From the NCBI GenBank assembly GCA_951804945.1, contig OX638157.1:29016001-29080000 (forward strand): a DNA stretch of 64,000 nucleotides, written 5' to 3'. This document shows, in pieces, positions 25,957-40,400 of the stretch. Under the pieces are notes generated by a model, which saw only the letters and a program-made list of their open reading frames with translations, searched no databases and was not told the DNA's origin. The stretch's first letter is position 1. Each line of letters begins with the position of its first letter. The position numbers and the translations under genes were made by a program. The DNA comes from Podarcis cretensis (Eukaryota).

Positions 25957-26619
25957 TTATGTTTAAAACTGTAGTAAGAACCAAACCTATAACCAATACT
26001 GAGTCAGACCACTGATCCATCAAACTTTACTGGGCTCCCCAATGTGGTTCTCATAGGTACCACAATACCCCACAACACCTACCAAGGCCTCTTTTTAAAG
26101 ACTGAATATTTCTCACTTTTTTATAGGGTGGTTTGGTGTGGGGACTGCTTGTTTTTGGAGGCAGGGTTGTAGTAGGAACTTTGCCTGGTGTTTGGCATGT
26201 GGTTTCTTAGATGTCCAAATGTGCCACCAAGTTTGTAATACACACTGCGTGGCAGTGGCTATTGAGGGTTTGAGACAAGAGTCATTCCCAGTCCTAGTGG
26301 GTGTTATCAAGGACTGAACCTGGAGCCGTTCCCAAAACCTTTCGGCCACTGAGCTACAGCCCTTCCAGATTGACTCCTGTGTGAAGAAAAGCTAAATTCT
26401 GTGATATGTGCCACCTCACTTCCTTTCCTCTCCTACTGCTGTAATTTGAACACTGATTCTTTCTATGTTGTGGACTCTAGACTAGCACCGCAGTGGACAC
26501 AATATAACCTCAGCCACTTGGGGAACCTTCCAACAAATCATAAAACCACAGTGAAACATTTAGAAATTCCCTTTACAGGGCTGCCTTCAGATGACTTCTA
26601 AAAATTGTGTAGTTTTTAT

Positions 26620-26795
26620 CTCCTTGACATCTGATGGGAGGGCGTTCCACAGGGCGGGCGCAACTACCGAGAAGGCCCTCTGTCCAGTTCCCTGTACCCT
26701 CACTTCTCACAGTGAGGGAACCACCAGAAGGCCCTCAGAGCTGGATCTCAGTGTCTGGGCTGAATGATGGGAGTGGAGACACTCCTTCAGGTATA
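26620..26795 (-). mobile_element. L2 LINE fragment
   Basis: Closely matches 11560-11733. Confidence 0.65.
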
Positions 26796-27184
26796 CAGGG
26801 CCTGTGTAAATGGGCAGGGGAATCATGTACTGTTTTATATATTTAACTAATATGATTTAAAACAACAACAACAACAGAGTATTGTCCATATCTGTTTTGC
26901 ATACACTGGAAAGTTAAGATTGACAGCTGGTTCCCAGTTTTGTGTGTGTGCTATGAAGTAGATGACTTCAATTTATAATCTGTATAATTTGAAGGATTTA
27001 TTGTTTTGCACCTGTGTGCAGTATGCCTGAATTCTGAGTTATATTACAAAGTTCTATGGTTGGTGCTTCCTTTTGCTTCCTGCTGTGACCTGTGGGAAAG
27101 GCTAGCCCTCCTCCAGAAGAGCTTTCTTGGCTTATAAAGTCAGTCCTAATAAAGACTTTGTTGCACAGAAAAGAGCATTCTAAC

Positions 27185-27278
27185 CTTTAGCGCTTCCATG
27201 CCAGCCTGGATAACAGGAGCAAAGACAGTCTCACTCTCATTAGTGTCTGTAAACATCTCTGGAATCTGGTCCAGCAAG
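27185..27278 (-). CDS. SEC24D: SEC24D coding exon 12
   Basis: [31 protein letters not shown]|gttaga; 94 nt. Confidence 0.96.
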
Positions 27279-28243
27279 CTATGACAGGGGGGAAAGATCA
27301 GTGTTTCAACAGGTTGGAATGGACAGGATAATCCTTCAAAGAAAATAAATCATATAGACACCAGGCCCCTTTGCTGAAAGATTTAAACTTTGCATTAAAA
27401 AAGAAAAGAAATGTTGCTGGTGCATTACACAGTTCCCCGTTTTGCAGAAGAAACTGCTTTCTAATTTATTTAGAAGTTTTGTATGCAGTGAAAAGATTTT
27501 AAAAACTACAAAATACTTTTCAAGTAAATTATAAGCCATTTGTTGAATACTGCACAAAAACATTAATTCCTCAATCAAAAGGCAGATTTGTAATGCTGTA
27601 AGGCAACTTTCGTTTGACTGCACCGATATACCAAAATAAATTACGGCTCTTGTGTACGCACTCTATAAATAGTGTATTTTTAGCAGTGCAATCTCAGTCA
27701 TATTATTTATTTGCAAACAGAAAGCTGGTGACTTAAGTGCATTTAAGTTCTGTGCATTCAGCTTTACAAACTTGGAATATATATAAAACGGTTCAGCATC
27801 CTGGAAAAAAGACTTTGGCAACCCCACCTGCTATTGCATCCAGTGTGTTGTGAATAAATGCCATTTTGGCTTTAGGCATAGTGCCTGGAAGGTAACCCTC
27901 ACGTAAGTTGTGGGCCTACTGTTTAACGTTCTTGTCTTTACTTGCATCGCCTTTTGCACTGTTGTAATAATTCCCATCAGCTCCAGACATGAGGTCAGGG
28001 GTGATGGGAGTTGTAGTCCAACAACACTGAGGGACTCGTGATTAGGTTGGTCTACGGACATTATGTACCCATGGAAGCACACATGCAATCAAGTTTTACA
28101 TGCATATCTCTCTAGGTCATAACCATGGTCTTTAAATATGTGATTGTCAATTTTTGTAGGTTGAAAATTGATGAAATCACCCAAGGTAATTGCTATTGAA
28201 GATAGTCACACATGAGCATAAAAAGCATAATTTATATGTTTAC

Positions 28244-28435
28244 TTGTTTATGACAGCTTTTGACTCCTGAAAGTTGACGAGGAAACCATCCAGTAAAGGG
28301 ACAAACACTTCACTGACATCAGTGACCACCATCATCTGAGGCTGGCCAAGATTGCGTTTTACATTGAAGAAATGGAGGACTTTGTTGTAGGTGACAAATC
28401 CAACCCGAATAGTTGAAGCCTCCTCTTGCTCCTCC
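28244..28435 (-). CDS. SEC24D: SEC24D coding exon 11
   Basis: [63 protein letters not shown]; 192 nt. Confidence 0.96.
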
Positions 28436-29604
28436 CTGGAAGAGAAATGGTTTTAGAAAACACAGCTGCAGGTTAAATTTCAAAAGCATTATTTTGCATG
28501 GAGGAGGGGGGGAAGAGAGCTTTATTAATTACCATATTAATATTAATTAATGGTCATATCACGAGTGTCTAAACTGTACAACAAGAAACAATCTTTATGA
28601 AAGACTTAGATTTTAGCCTGAGACAAAGTGAATGAAAGGCCATATCTGAGCATCAATAGGATATGTACACACATATCTTGGGAACTGTAGTTTAAGGGTG
28701 CAGGGAACTGTAGCTCTGTGAGGGGTAAACAACAGTTCCAGGGATTATTTGGGGGAAGATCTGTGCCTTAAATGTATGGTGTGCATGCAGCCTTAGTGTT
28801 ACTAGTGAGCCCACTATGAATTTGTACTCACACTTTTCTTGGCCACATTTCTTTCAGAAAACAGCACAAGGGCAGCTGCCCCCCCCCCCCATGGCTTCAG
28901 CAAAACCCAGATGTGAAGAGTGTTGCTGAGCTGTCCTTATGACAGTCATAAGGTCAGTCCTTTCTGCCCATCCATGAGGCAGGGTGAAGCAGCTACCTCA
29001 GGCAGTGGAAGCCCCCAAGGCTGTGACAGCATGGGAGCTCCATCACCTCCACCACTGGAACTGGTGCCAATTTCCTGTGAGATCTTGCAAGCTCTCACGA
29101 GATTTCACAGTGTGAGAGAGATGTTGCGAGATTTCGGCAAGATCTCACCAGAAATCAGCGCTGATGGCGGCTTGACTTCTCTGTCAGCAGTGGAGGTGGC
29201 GTGGTGCTGCTGCTGGTATAGGTGGGCAGAGCTGCGGCAGAGATGGCACAGCAGAGCAGCAGAGTGGGGTGGCACATCCCACTTTGCCTCAAGCAGGAAA
29301 ATGCTGCGTGGTACCCCTGCCCCCCATCTGCCCTCTGAAGTACAGTACTACTGTATATCAAATTGGAGGGTTGGGGAAAAGCCAGGTAAACATTTAAACA
29401 GATGAACGTAGACTACCAGGAGCCTGAAGTGTTACGGTACTATTTTATTTTAAGCTAAATGCCTGTTTGAAGCTTAGGGGGCAGGAGTGAAGAGAAAAAG
29501 GAAATACATCCAGAATAACCAGATGAGTCAAGGGAGCGAAAAGCAAATCTCACTTCTGCCAACCACCACCAAAGTCCTGTACCAGTTCCTGTCCAGTATG
29601 TAAG

Positions 29605-29839
29605 TACCTTGGGTTGCGAATGTGATCCGTGTGAGAGACACATTTGCAACCCGCAGCGCCGCATCTGCGCACACGTGTGAGGAAATTAAGCACTTCTGTG
29701 CATGTACATGACATCATTTTGCACTTCTGCGCATGCGCCGAAACCCAGAAGTAACCCGTTCCGGTACTTCTGGGTTCGCCACGGTCTGCAACCCAAAAAC
29801 GTGCAACCAACAGCGTTCGTAACCCGATGTATGACTGTA
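29605..29839. mobile_element. Tc1/mariner-type MITE (degraded left end)
   Basis: taccttgggttgcgaa...ttcgtaacccgatgtatgactg|TA with an internal gcgcatgcgc palindrome. Confidence 0.6.
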
Positions 29840-30528
29840 GCCCAATGTATATAAATTAAACACTAGCATTTGCACACAACACGGAGCCAAAAATCCTGGT
29901 TTAGTTCTACAAGTCAATGATATGCACAAGTGGCAAAAGATTCAACATGTAACCATAGAAAACCCAGAAACCAGGGTTAGTGGCTTCAAATCAAGCCAAC
30001 ATTTGAAGCCATGGTTTAAAGTCGGCTTGTTTTCCCACTTGCAACAAGGGAGAAGTGTAGACACCAGTACATCAATATGCACTGGTTAACTGTGGCTCCC
30101 TTGTCTCACGTGCCATTGTTGAAACATGCTAGAGAGCATGCATCTCAAAACGTATTGGAATGCTTACCTTCTTGAGGGACACAGGAAGGCATTAATTATT
30201 TGAACAAGCTGAGCAGAACTGAAGGAGTTTGACCTTCCTACAGCACAGCAAAACCAACGGATGGAGTACATATGGATTCTGCAGTCACAACATGGAGGAG
30301 GAGGGAGCAAACCAAGACATTCCGTGCCATTCATGTCATGGCTGCAGTGCTTGATGAGGAGTAGAATCTTTCAAACCAACAAAACTGGGAACCCCAGGAA
30401 AGTGATATCCAGAAGGAAAAAAAGAGCATGGAGCAAATTCTATGCAAACACCAAAGAATTTTTACCTGGCAGTTACTACATCTTCACCAAGGATGCTAAC
30501 TGTACTAGAAGTTTACTGTTGTCTTTAC

Positions 30529-30653
30529 CTTGGAAGCCTATCCAATACAGTCTTCAGTTCCTCACAGATAAGTTTAACAAGGCCACTCTTTATGTTATTG
30601 TAGGAAACATCAATCATGAAGATATAGGCTGGCGGCTGTGGAGGCTTGTTGTT
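30529..30653 (-). CDS. SEC24D: SEC24D coding exon 10 (trunk domain start)
   Basis: [41 protein letters not shown]; 125 nt. Confidence 0.96.
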
Positions 30654-31227
30654 CTACAAAAAAAGAAAAAAAAAAGAAATCAGCCACAAAAATCAGGAAA
30701 AATAAAATACCTAACAAAGATTCATAATCCACCCAAATATTTCTACAGACTACCCTAATAATTGTTGGGCAATCATTTTGCTTATTTATTTGCACAGGTA
30801 AGTCACTGCCGTAGGATAATGTTTTTTACTGACAAAAGTCGTGTTTCAGTAAAACTGTTAAGAATTGGACAAATATTTTTTTTCCTCACACAATATTTAT
30901 ACATAGGTGTTTAACAAGTAGCTTCCCCATTTTTATTTTTCAGCGTTCTAATCATTCAGTCATTCGTTCATTCATTCTGTATGAAGCTTTTATTTATCCA
31001 ATTTAAAAGCTTCAAAAATATATACCTTCAGATGACTGTAGCAATCAGAAAACAGAGTTCAGATTTTCAGCATTTACTGATGAACAACCCCAAGAAGACA
31101 ATAGGTTAAATGTGTGTAATTGCATGTACCTTGTTTTTATTTTTTAAAAAACCAAAGTTGGCAGGGAGAAAGGGACACTGGGATCGGCACACATAGGTGG
31201 CCCCCATGCACTGTGGTTCCACTGAAA

Positions 31228-31244
31228 TCTCTCTCTCTGTCACA

Positions 31245-31297
<53 letters not shown>
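31228..31297 (+). repeat. Compound (TC)n(CA)n(GA)n microsatellite
   Basis: Direct reading. Confidence 0.95.
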
Positions 31298-31301
<4 letters not shown>

Positions 31302-33229
31302 TCACCCTAAGAGACAGCTTCCCAGATGAAAAAGCAGCTTCAGAATGCTGGTGAATGTGGGGAGGATGCTCACTGGGACCATGGCAAAAAGAAGAAGGGC
31401 TAAGTCCCCGTGCACTATGATTCTGGATCTGCCTGTTATTTGTAATGGTAAAATGAGGCACATTACATGAATGCACCCATTTAATGCAACATGTGCCTGG
31501 TCCTCAACAGATCAGCCACATGTTGCATTTTATCCTTTAACAAGTGTCATATATGTAACCAAGAGGCACAACTACTGCAGAAACCTACAGACTTCTGCAT
31601 GCTGCTGCTTCTCTTGTGAAGCGTCATATAACACACACACACACACCAAATTTGAATCAAATACATTGATACCTCCACTATTTATACTCAACGCTCAGCA
31701 ATTTTCGGAAGACTAATTACTTTAGAAATGTAAAGTATAAGCAAATACTCAAAGAAACAGACACAAATGTTTCTCAGAGCTCTTTTTAAAAAAGCCGCAG
31801 CGCCAAGGCAATTTATGAGAGTCAACTGAGATATCAGGTATCCGTTGCAATCAGTTGCAGTCTTACCTTTGCTCCAAGAACGTAAAGATGATAAACAACA
31901 TACTTTCCACCCCAACCCCAGCACTGCAGACTCCTGGTTTCAGAATGTACACACAAGAGGCTCCCCTAACATTTCCATTATCAAACAAACAATCAGCCTG
32001 AGCGCTTGCACGTGTTAAGTGTTTTATGAAAGTCACTTCCTGGCCTATAATTTACTTGTTAAAGTTCATCGAAGCATTCACAGGTTAATCATGGATATGG
32101 CAAGATGGAAGTACATATCAGCAACAAAGGTGATAACGAGTGCAGGATTTTTGTCAGCATACTTTAAGGCTAGCCATAACAACCCTTATTTTCCTTTCAT
32201 TCATTTCCAAGTGACTCCAAAGCAACACCCAGCAGTAAAATAGCAATGTAAGTGGAGATCTGAGGTTTTCAAAAGCTGTTCCAGTTTCTGCATTTGCAGC
32301 AGGCTGACAAACATTCTCATACCTCATGTAAATTCTATAGCACTTTATGAAAAGACCTTGGAGAGATTCATGACACATCACAGGTACCAACTCCCAGGGT
32401 GCCCAAGCACCCACAAAAATCCCCATGAAGGGGCCAGGCACCCAGAAATTTCGGTGCCAGAGCTATTCACACTGCATGACACCCACAGCTCCAGGCACCC
32501 CTGGTCACAGGGCTAAGCTGGCACTCTTGTGAGACATTTATTGAAAAAGCAAAAATTTTGCATTTACTAAATCCATTCCAAAGAATTGCAACACTACTCA
32601 ACAGCTGTTATTTGTTAATGTTTTTCTAGCTGTTCATCCTCACTGTTATTCAATAAGGCAAAGAAAAATTGTGGTTTTCCTTCAATGTAGGAGGGAAATA
32701 CATCATTATGCTTTTGTTGTTTTCGATACACTCTCCCCAAATCATGAATGTACCATTCTAGTGAAAGACTTTACAATGTGGAGCGTCAACAGTAAAAAGG
32801 GACTGTCAACAGTTAAATTAAAACCTTGTGTAAAATGAAAATAGCTTAACCCCATACAACCTGACTGAGAGGTCTGTGCAATTTTGTACGTGTACAAATA
32901 GTTGCCTTGAAATGTACAAGATGTCCAGTCAGTTTAACCGAGGGACACATTCTGTAATCGCAAAAGGAAAGGGTATGGACAGAGTGCCTTTACTGAAATT
33001 AATGGAAATGCTCTTGCAGAGTATGCACTGTGCACACATAACAGTTTTTGCAACAGTAAACAACTCTATGTCACACTTAAATCAGGTCAGAGGCTCATCT
33101 AGTCCAGCATTCTATTCTCACAATAGCCAAGCAGACGCCTATGAGTACCCACATTAAAATCAATGTGAACTTATGTGACATTTAACTTTATTTGGATTTC
33201 ACCTAATGCATTTAGAACTGGGTATAATC

Positions 33230-33323
33230 ACTGCGGGAGGCAGTGGAAGATAGGAGTGCCTGGCCTGCTCTGGTCCATGGGGTCATGAAGAGTTGGACAC
33301 GACTAAACAACTAAACAACAACA
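33230..33323 (+). mobile_element. RTE-BovB LINE 3' end
   Basis: gtccatggggtcatgaagagttggacacgactaaacaactaaacaacaaca, the characteristic BovB terminus with a (CAA)n tail. Confidence 0.8.
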
Positions 33324-33765
33324 TAATAACCTTGGCTTTGGTGCAGACTAAAACTAGATACTATGCTTAAACCAGTAACAGACCCTCAAAGTTTTCCTAT
33401 TTCCCAGGAACAGTCCCAGATTTACAGAAGCAGTCCTGGTTTCTTATTTGAACCTGGAATGTCCCAGTTTTCCTTAGGACGTCCCTATTTTCTTGGAGAA
33501 ATGCTGGAGGGTATACATTAAGGCTGCAGCCCTAAGGACACTTACCTAGTAGTAAGCCTCACTGATCAAAGGGACCTAATTCCTCAACAAATAGTTAATA
33601 AGTATCTGCAGAGCTCTTTCCTCCCTCTATAATCCATGCAAGTGAGTCTCTCGCTTCCTCTTTCATTTCTTTCTTTCATTTTGTGTGTGTGTTTTACAAA
33701 TGCAATGGGTTCTCCTTGATTTAGCACAAAGTTTACAAACTGTTTTCCAGGCTGAACAGACTTAC

Positions 33766-33881
33766 CTTGCAATAATCCGAAGTAGCAATGTATTCATATG
33801 ATCCTAGAGATAACTCTGGCCTTTCGTAGTGGTCTATTCTTCTGCCAATGTGATCCAGATGTTGAAAATAGAATGGAGGAA
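33766..33881 (-). CDS. SEC24D: SEC24D coding exon 9
   Basis: [38 protein letters not shown]; 116 nt. Confidence 0.96.
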
Positions 33882-34842
33882 CTAAAGAAAAACAAAATCA
33901 GGAAGCTGATTTCTCCCCTTTTGCTAAACACACAGATGGCTCTGGTTCACTATAGTTCTGTAAGTGGCTTTTACATCATGGGAAAGCTCAAATATATTGT
34001 GGAAATTAAGAGGTAGGGTTGAGGCATCTAATCATAGCCTGCATTTTTATTAAGGCTTGATCAGGGCCTGCATTTTAAAATGAGCTTAAAGATTTTCAAA
34101 TGTTAAATGCCAGGCAGAAGACCAGCTGCCTAAGAACCTTGGCAAGATGTTTATCCTCCTGGACAAGGGGCCCCCTTGATTTATAGCAGAAAACAATTCT
34201 CAAAGTCGTAAAAAGGGAATTACAGGCTGACAGCCAAGGTTACACTGACCCTACATATTACAGAAGATAAAAAAAGAGATAAACATAATTAAGAGTTGAT
34301 AAATAGTAAAATAAAACCATGTGCCTCCCATTAAACTTGAGCCATATTTTCCTAAGGTTAAAAGGCCAAGAACAAATAGACTGGCTTGGCTGGAGAAGGG
34401 GAGTGTAAAGAGAAGAAGAGGTTTTCTTTCTATTTTATTTTGAGGCTGTAAAATGTTCCTTCCTTTTTTACTTTGAGAAGGTTTATTCTTCTAAAAGGCT
34501 ATCTATGATAATGTATGAAATATATTAGCTTAAATGTAATTATGCAAAGGATTTAGAAACCAAGAAATGTTAAATCCTTATGCTAGATTCTTATTTCATA
34601 TAGTTGGAAGAGACCACAGGGGCCATCAGCCCAGCCCCCCTGCCAAGCAGGAAACATCATTAGAGCACACATATGGTTGTCAGGCCTTTGTTTAAAGACC
34701 TCCAAAAGAAGGAGATCTTTCAATGATGATGTGAACTCAAGATCCTTGACATCTGTTTAAGATAAAAATTTAAGATTAACCATTTGTTTTGGAGGGCAAT
34801 AGGGCAAGGAGGGCAAGAGGTGAGCTGGTAATTAAGGTTCCT

Positions 34843-35218
34843 TGTTGAGACAAATGTAAGATAAATGACTACTTATTTGTCATTTATAGATAGAAGAATA
34901 TATAGCTTTTTGTTTCCCATAAAAGGCAAGAGGAAATGGGTGTATCTTTTGTGATTGGTTCTAGCAAACAGCCAATAGGAATTTCAACCAGGCTGATTGG
35001 ACAGAGGCAGCCAAAGGAGGAGCAAGGGGGCTGGATTAAGGAAATATAAGTGCTGGCCATAGCGGCAGGAGGCGAGGCCAGAGCTTGGTAACCATATACC
35101 ACTGTGCCTCATATTTATTTGTCCGACAAATAAATTATTATTTTAATTTCTCTATTGCTGTGTTGAATATTTCATTCCAGCTAAGCGTTAACCACAAGCA
35201 GGGTGCTACAGGGTAACA
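34843..35218 (+). mobile_element. Solo LTR (376 bp)
   Basis: TGTT...AACA ends, 4-bp TSD tcct/tcat, CCAAT boxes, TATA-like aaatataag, AATAAA. Confidence 0.7.
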
Positions 35219-37274
35219 TCATGAAAGTAGAATAAACTACCATGTGAATTCATAAACTGGCCCCATATAAGGCAGCTTCAAATGCAATATGAGCTAGAAA
35301 TTTGCTAATTCATAATTTTCAACAAAGCACTTATCTTGTTTAAGTTTATAAAAGTGGGTGGCAAGGAATGGCAAATAGCACTAGGTTCAACCTCCTTCTC
35401 CACTCCGCTGCCTATTATGAATACAGTATCAAGATAGTTCAGGGAAGACTTAGTACTACTGAACAAGAAAATGACAAAATTCTTAAAAATAAGCTGGAAA
35501 CATTTTGGGTGACTGTGGATAAGCCCTTGCTCAGCTGTTAGGGTGCTCGGTTGCTTATTTACTTCAAATGTTTATGCACCCCCTTTCAAGTGAATGTTCT
35601 CCAAGGCAGTTTAGAATAGATTGCAACAATAAAACACACACCCTGGGGCCCTTGCTCCGCAAGCCAGGGACAAAGCTCGGTGTCTTTTTTCATACTTCTG
35701 CAATCTCAGGGCAGGTATAAATAGGATAAACATGAATCTTATTTGGTGGCTCTTTTAAGACTCCCAGTGCCCTTCCTTCTCCAACGTTGAAACAAAAGTT
35801 TGCATTACAAGTTTAGCTCAGAGTCCCCGATGCAAAACAACTCACTAGTGTCTCACTGTTGCCAGTCACCTATTCAGCAAGACTGGACAATTTTCTCTTA
35901 ATCCCTCTGTTTATGATGAGTACTTGAAGCTTTAATTACAGTGCATGAAAGGATACAGATGAAAAGGCCCTGCAAAAGTGCAAATGATTCTATTTTTACT
36001 GCAATATCAGTTTAAATAATAATTTGGTAGCTTATTGCTATGCAAATAGTAGGCATTTGTGAGAACTTCATGCTGAGTTAACAGCCCATGATGCCGACGG
36101 CCCTCTCTCTCTATTTCATTCTGCAGATTAAGGTCTGAGACAAACAAGAGTTGGCATAAGTCTTTTGAGGTTCATGTTTCAGAGTTGAAAAGATTACTGT
36201 ATTAGGGAAAGCTCTCTGCTGCCACTTTGATCCAGCTGAGGAAATCCAACTAGATACAAACGTCTCGAAAGACTCATTCTGGCAAAGTCTTGGGAACCAG
36301 CCAAAAGCTCAGGAACTCGTACTTATGAGTCACATGCAACTGCACTTGGACAAATATGGCATGGCATTTTGTGTTCAAAGCAACTCCCATCACGGGAAAA
36401 TTAATGGATGATTTAACCATTAAAATCCTCTGTCATAAAGGGAGGCAACAACCTAAACATTTGCTCTTTTCTGGGCAGTTAAAATATGTTTCCCCCTTTG
36501 AAACACATTTTCAGCCTGCTCAGAAAATAATCTCATATAATGGCATAACCTCCTCTGCATGCCTATTCAATCTAATGAAATTGCAGACAAGACGTAAATC
36601 ATTACAGCAGCCATATTATTTTACAGAACTTTTCAGAACAAAGGATTCAGGTACATTTTCTCATAATAGTTTGATCGTCCTTGTTGAGTGCATACATATG
36701 CATTCCCTAGGGAAAGCCAGTGAAAAGCTCAACACAGGTTTAAAGTTTATTCTGCATGCCAAAATGCCTATGCCTTTCCCATTCCAGATGATTGCATCAT
36801 GGAAGGAGCATTTTCTTAATGCAAGAATTTCTAACTCTTCGCAGCTTTCAGGCTAGAGAAAACAAGAGCTTTGTTTTGTGCTCTTCCCAGCGACATCTAT
36901 TTTCCTGGATCAAATGGTATCCAGGATGACACAAGGAAAGTCCATAGCAAAATTAGGTCTAAAAGAGCATGAAGACCACATATAAAAATTCTGATGTACG
37001 AGTCATTCAGCAATTCAGGTTCACACAAAGTTAAGCATTTAGTATATATATTTTTAAAAATCCATCATGTAGTTTTAGCAAGATACTTTGGAATGCAACC
37101 TTGGGCTCACTTACTTTCTTAGGTATCTAAATTAATGTGACTTTCAAGTCAATGCAGATTGGCCTGAAAATGAAACAAAGTCTTCAAAAACTTACTTTAA
37201 AAAATAAAAATAAAGACCTAAGTAGTTTCACATTTGCTTAGAAAATGGCTTCCATTATTTCAAAATAAATACTA

Positions 37275-37418
<144 letters not shown>

Positions 37419-40400
37419 CTACGGAGAATTAAGAAAACCACTTAGCTGCAGATTAAACAAGATCACTAAACTACCAAAGCACCAATCAATTTCAAATTGT
37501 TGCTGGTTTCGTATTCTTATTTGGAGGTAGCCCTTAAACCACAGTTTCTCAGGCTGGATCTACACAGATATAAAAAAACGCTATGAAAATGCTACAAAAA
37601 GCCCCACTATAAAATATATATGCAATTTGCCATTGAGCTCCACAGGGTCACCTGGTGTCACATTTTTATAACACATTTGTAACGTTATCATTGCAGCTGT
37701 GTAGCTGAGTCCTCGGTTTGGATCGCCTGGGAAATTGTGGTTTGAGAAACCAGGATTTCTTTGCCAAAACCTGCTGCGCAATGAGAGTATGAAAGGGAAA
37801 TGGTAAAGGAGCACCTGGATCATTCTCAACAAGGATTTTTATGTTAGAGCCAAGCCAGAGCGTTGATTCATAAATACATCTTCTTCACATCCTGACTGTG
37901 TGAAGAAAATGGTGTTCTCACTAATTCACAAACCATGCTTATCTTTTTCCTGTTACTTAACTGAAGCAAGTGAAAGGAAATCTAAGATCACCGCATGCTA
38001 ACTCTTTAAAATGGAGAAGTTCTAGATTACCAATCAAGTTTACTGAAGCATTATGTATAATTACTAGGGAACAATACAGTTAGCTAAGCACGTGCGACTC
38101 AAAGTTACCTTATTTTAATGGCAGCATTAAGCACAAATCTCTCCCACTGAAACAAGTGGGATTTAAAAATGCTTAACTTTGGCTGGATCATACCTACTGT
38201 AAACAAACATTTAAGCCACTAACCCCACATAATTGTGTAGGATAAGAGTGTTAATATATAGTTGGAAGTAAGTTCCATTGATTATAGGGTCTCTTCTAGG
38301 AAATGTGCATGGCCCACACAAAATGTTTTTTTAAAATTAATTTGTTCTCTTTTACTGTTGAGAATGCTTTGTCTAATTTATTTTTTGCTAGTTCACACTG
38401 TGTACAAGTTCGTTATTCATTTCAATAAATATTTCTCCCAGTATTAGTTTTCAGTCTTCCCAAAAACCTTTTTGCAAAATATGATTGCATGTGTGCTAAA
38501 TACTATCTCCTCTACCAAAGTTTTAAAACAGAAGAGCTTCCTTTTGTATGTTGTTGGGCTCCAACTCTCATCGGCTCCAGAGAGCATAGCCAAGATCAAT
38601 AATGATGGGAATTATAGTCCAACATCCAAAGAACATGTTGGCTACCCCTGTTTTAAAATGCTACTTTGATATGACAATTCACCAAGAATGTCACACTACA
38701 ATGAACATTTCTTCATTTTTGAAAACATAACCTGTTACCAGTAAACCAAATTGAACAATCCAACAAAAAGTATGCTTAACATTTTGCTATTTAACAAGAT
38801 ACATTCTGGGGTGGGAGAAGAAGAATGGCTCTTGAAATGTTTTGATCGTGAAATGGGAATTTAGCGGTAAAACTTCTGCCGGCGAAAGACAAATTTCTGC
38901 GCTTTGATATAAAATGTCAAAGAGCAATTTTTCCAGACCAATGCTACAATCCAGATTAGATAGTATATATGGATCTCTCTTTGAAGCTGAAAAAACAAGC
39001 CTCTTTTAAACTGACGAAAGTTTGCCTTTTCAGCATTGGGAGTCACAAATATTATGTCTCTGAACCATTGCCCAAAGAATTAAGCATTCATGATGGATAG
39101 CCTTCATATATTTCAGTGGCAGAATGGAAACAGAAGTTAATAAGGATATAAATAATTTGAAATGAATGGAGCAGAGGTTTGCAACAGCAATATTTAGTAG
39201 CCCCCACCCCCAATCTTCCGGAGAAGATTTTATGGGTGCCCAGGGGACTGCAAGCAGGGGAGGGGCATCCAATCCACCAACTATGTCTATTCCACCGGCA
39301 TATGAACACAGATTTTACCCTATGTCTATAATCCTATATACAATACTTATGAACAAACTCCACTAAACTTAGCAAGCCTTACTGCTAATTGGTATGACAG
39401 ATTTGGACAGGGTTAAGTATTTATTTTGTGCTGGATTGTGCCCAACACACAAATAGTTTGGTTAGAGGTGACGAGGGTTGTTTCATTAATTTCCTTATAC
39501 ATGCAAATATGTATTTTCCCCACACATATTTTCTTGTTGGGATACTGCTTTGCAATGGACAATGAACCTCAGTGAACTTGTAAAGGTGAAAAGGGAAACT
39601 GTAATAAACACATCATCTTAAAAGTGTCTCCAGAAACCAGAAGGCTCAACATACAAATAAGAATGCTCATAAAAGTCGTTGGTTAAGGTTAGGAACTTGC
39701 AGACATATTTTTTTCCTTGCCTGTATCCAATTTATTGCTACAGACAGGTTTAGTAAAAGGAAAACAAATCAGCTTGGTTTTTTATCATCATATTTGGAGT
39801 GGGTTGCCCCATTTTCCTTTCTTGCTGCTTCCCTAAGGAGGCAAAATTAGCACTGTGTGTTTTTAAATAGTTTTGTATTCAGTTACTTCCTTTTTTAGAT
39901 GTCAGCAGTACTAAATTAGAATACAGGCATTCAAAGGAAACACCCACACTGACTTTCTATAGCGCAACCAGAGTACAACTAGAAGCAATAGGGCTTTTTT
40001 TGTGGGAGTGGGAGTGTTATCATATAATCAGAGCTGCCACAGCATCACCCATTTAAACTAAGTTAAATGTGTAAATACATGCAAGCTGCTCTGCAATAAG
40101 ATTAAAATGCCACTCATTGCAGTAATTATCTAGTTACCCCCAAAATAGTACCGTTCAACTTTCATGTTTTTAGGAAATCACTTACTCTAGTAATGTCCTA
40201 TTCATTTTAAATCTACACTCCTCAATGTTAGATTGCCACCATGGTTGTTAGAAGCAATTATTTTGGTTGAGTTTTATGGTTCCTTGAAGTCATCCCCTTC
40301 TGGATTTTAAACTAAGGCTTTTTGCTTCAATATTTCCAATGACAACACAAGTAACACAAAATCAACAACCTGTATAAAAACGTTTTCTACGAATTCATAT

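Noticed and set aside
30261-30758. 165-aa ORF on the + strand
   Set aside because: Antisense to SEC24D exon 10; no recognisable domain
36236-36270. CUGAGGA...AAACGUC hammerhead-like string
   Set aside because: G12 is missing, stem II is poor and stem I is unconvincing; too degenerate to call
36356-36856. 166-aa intronic ORF
   Set aside because: No recognisable homology or splice context; consistent with a chance ORF
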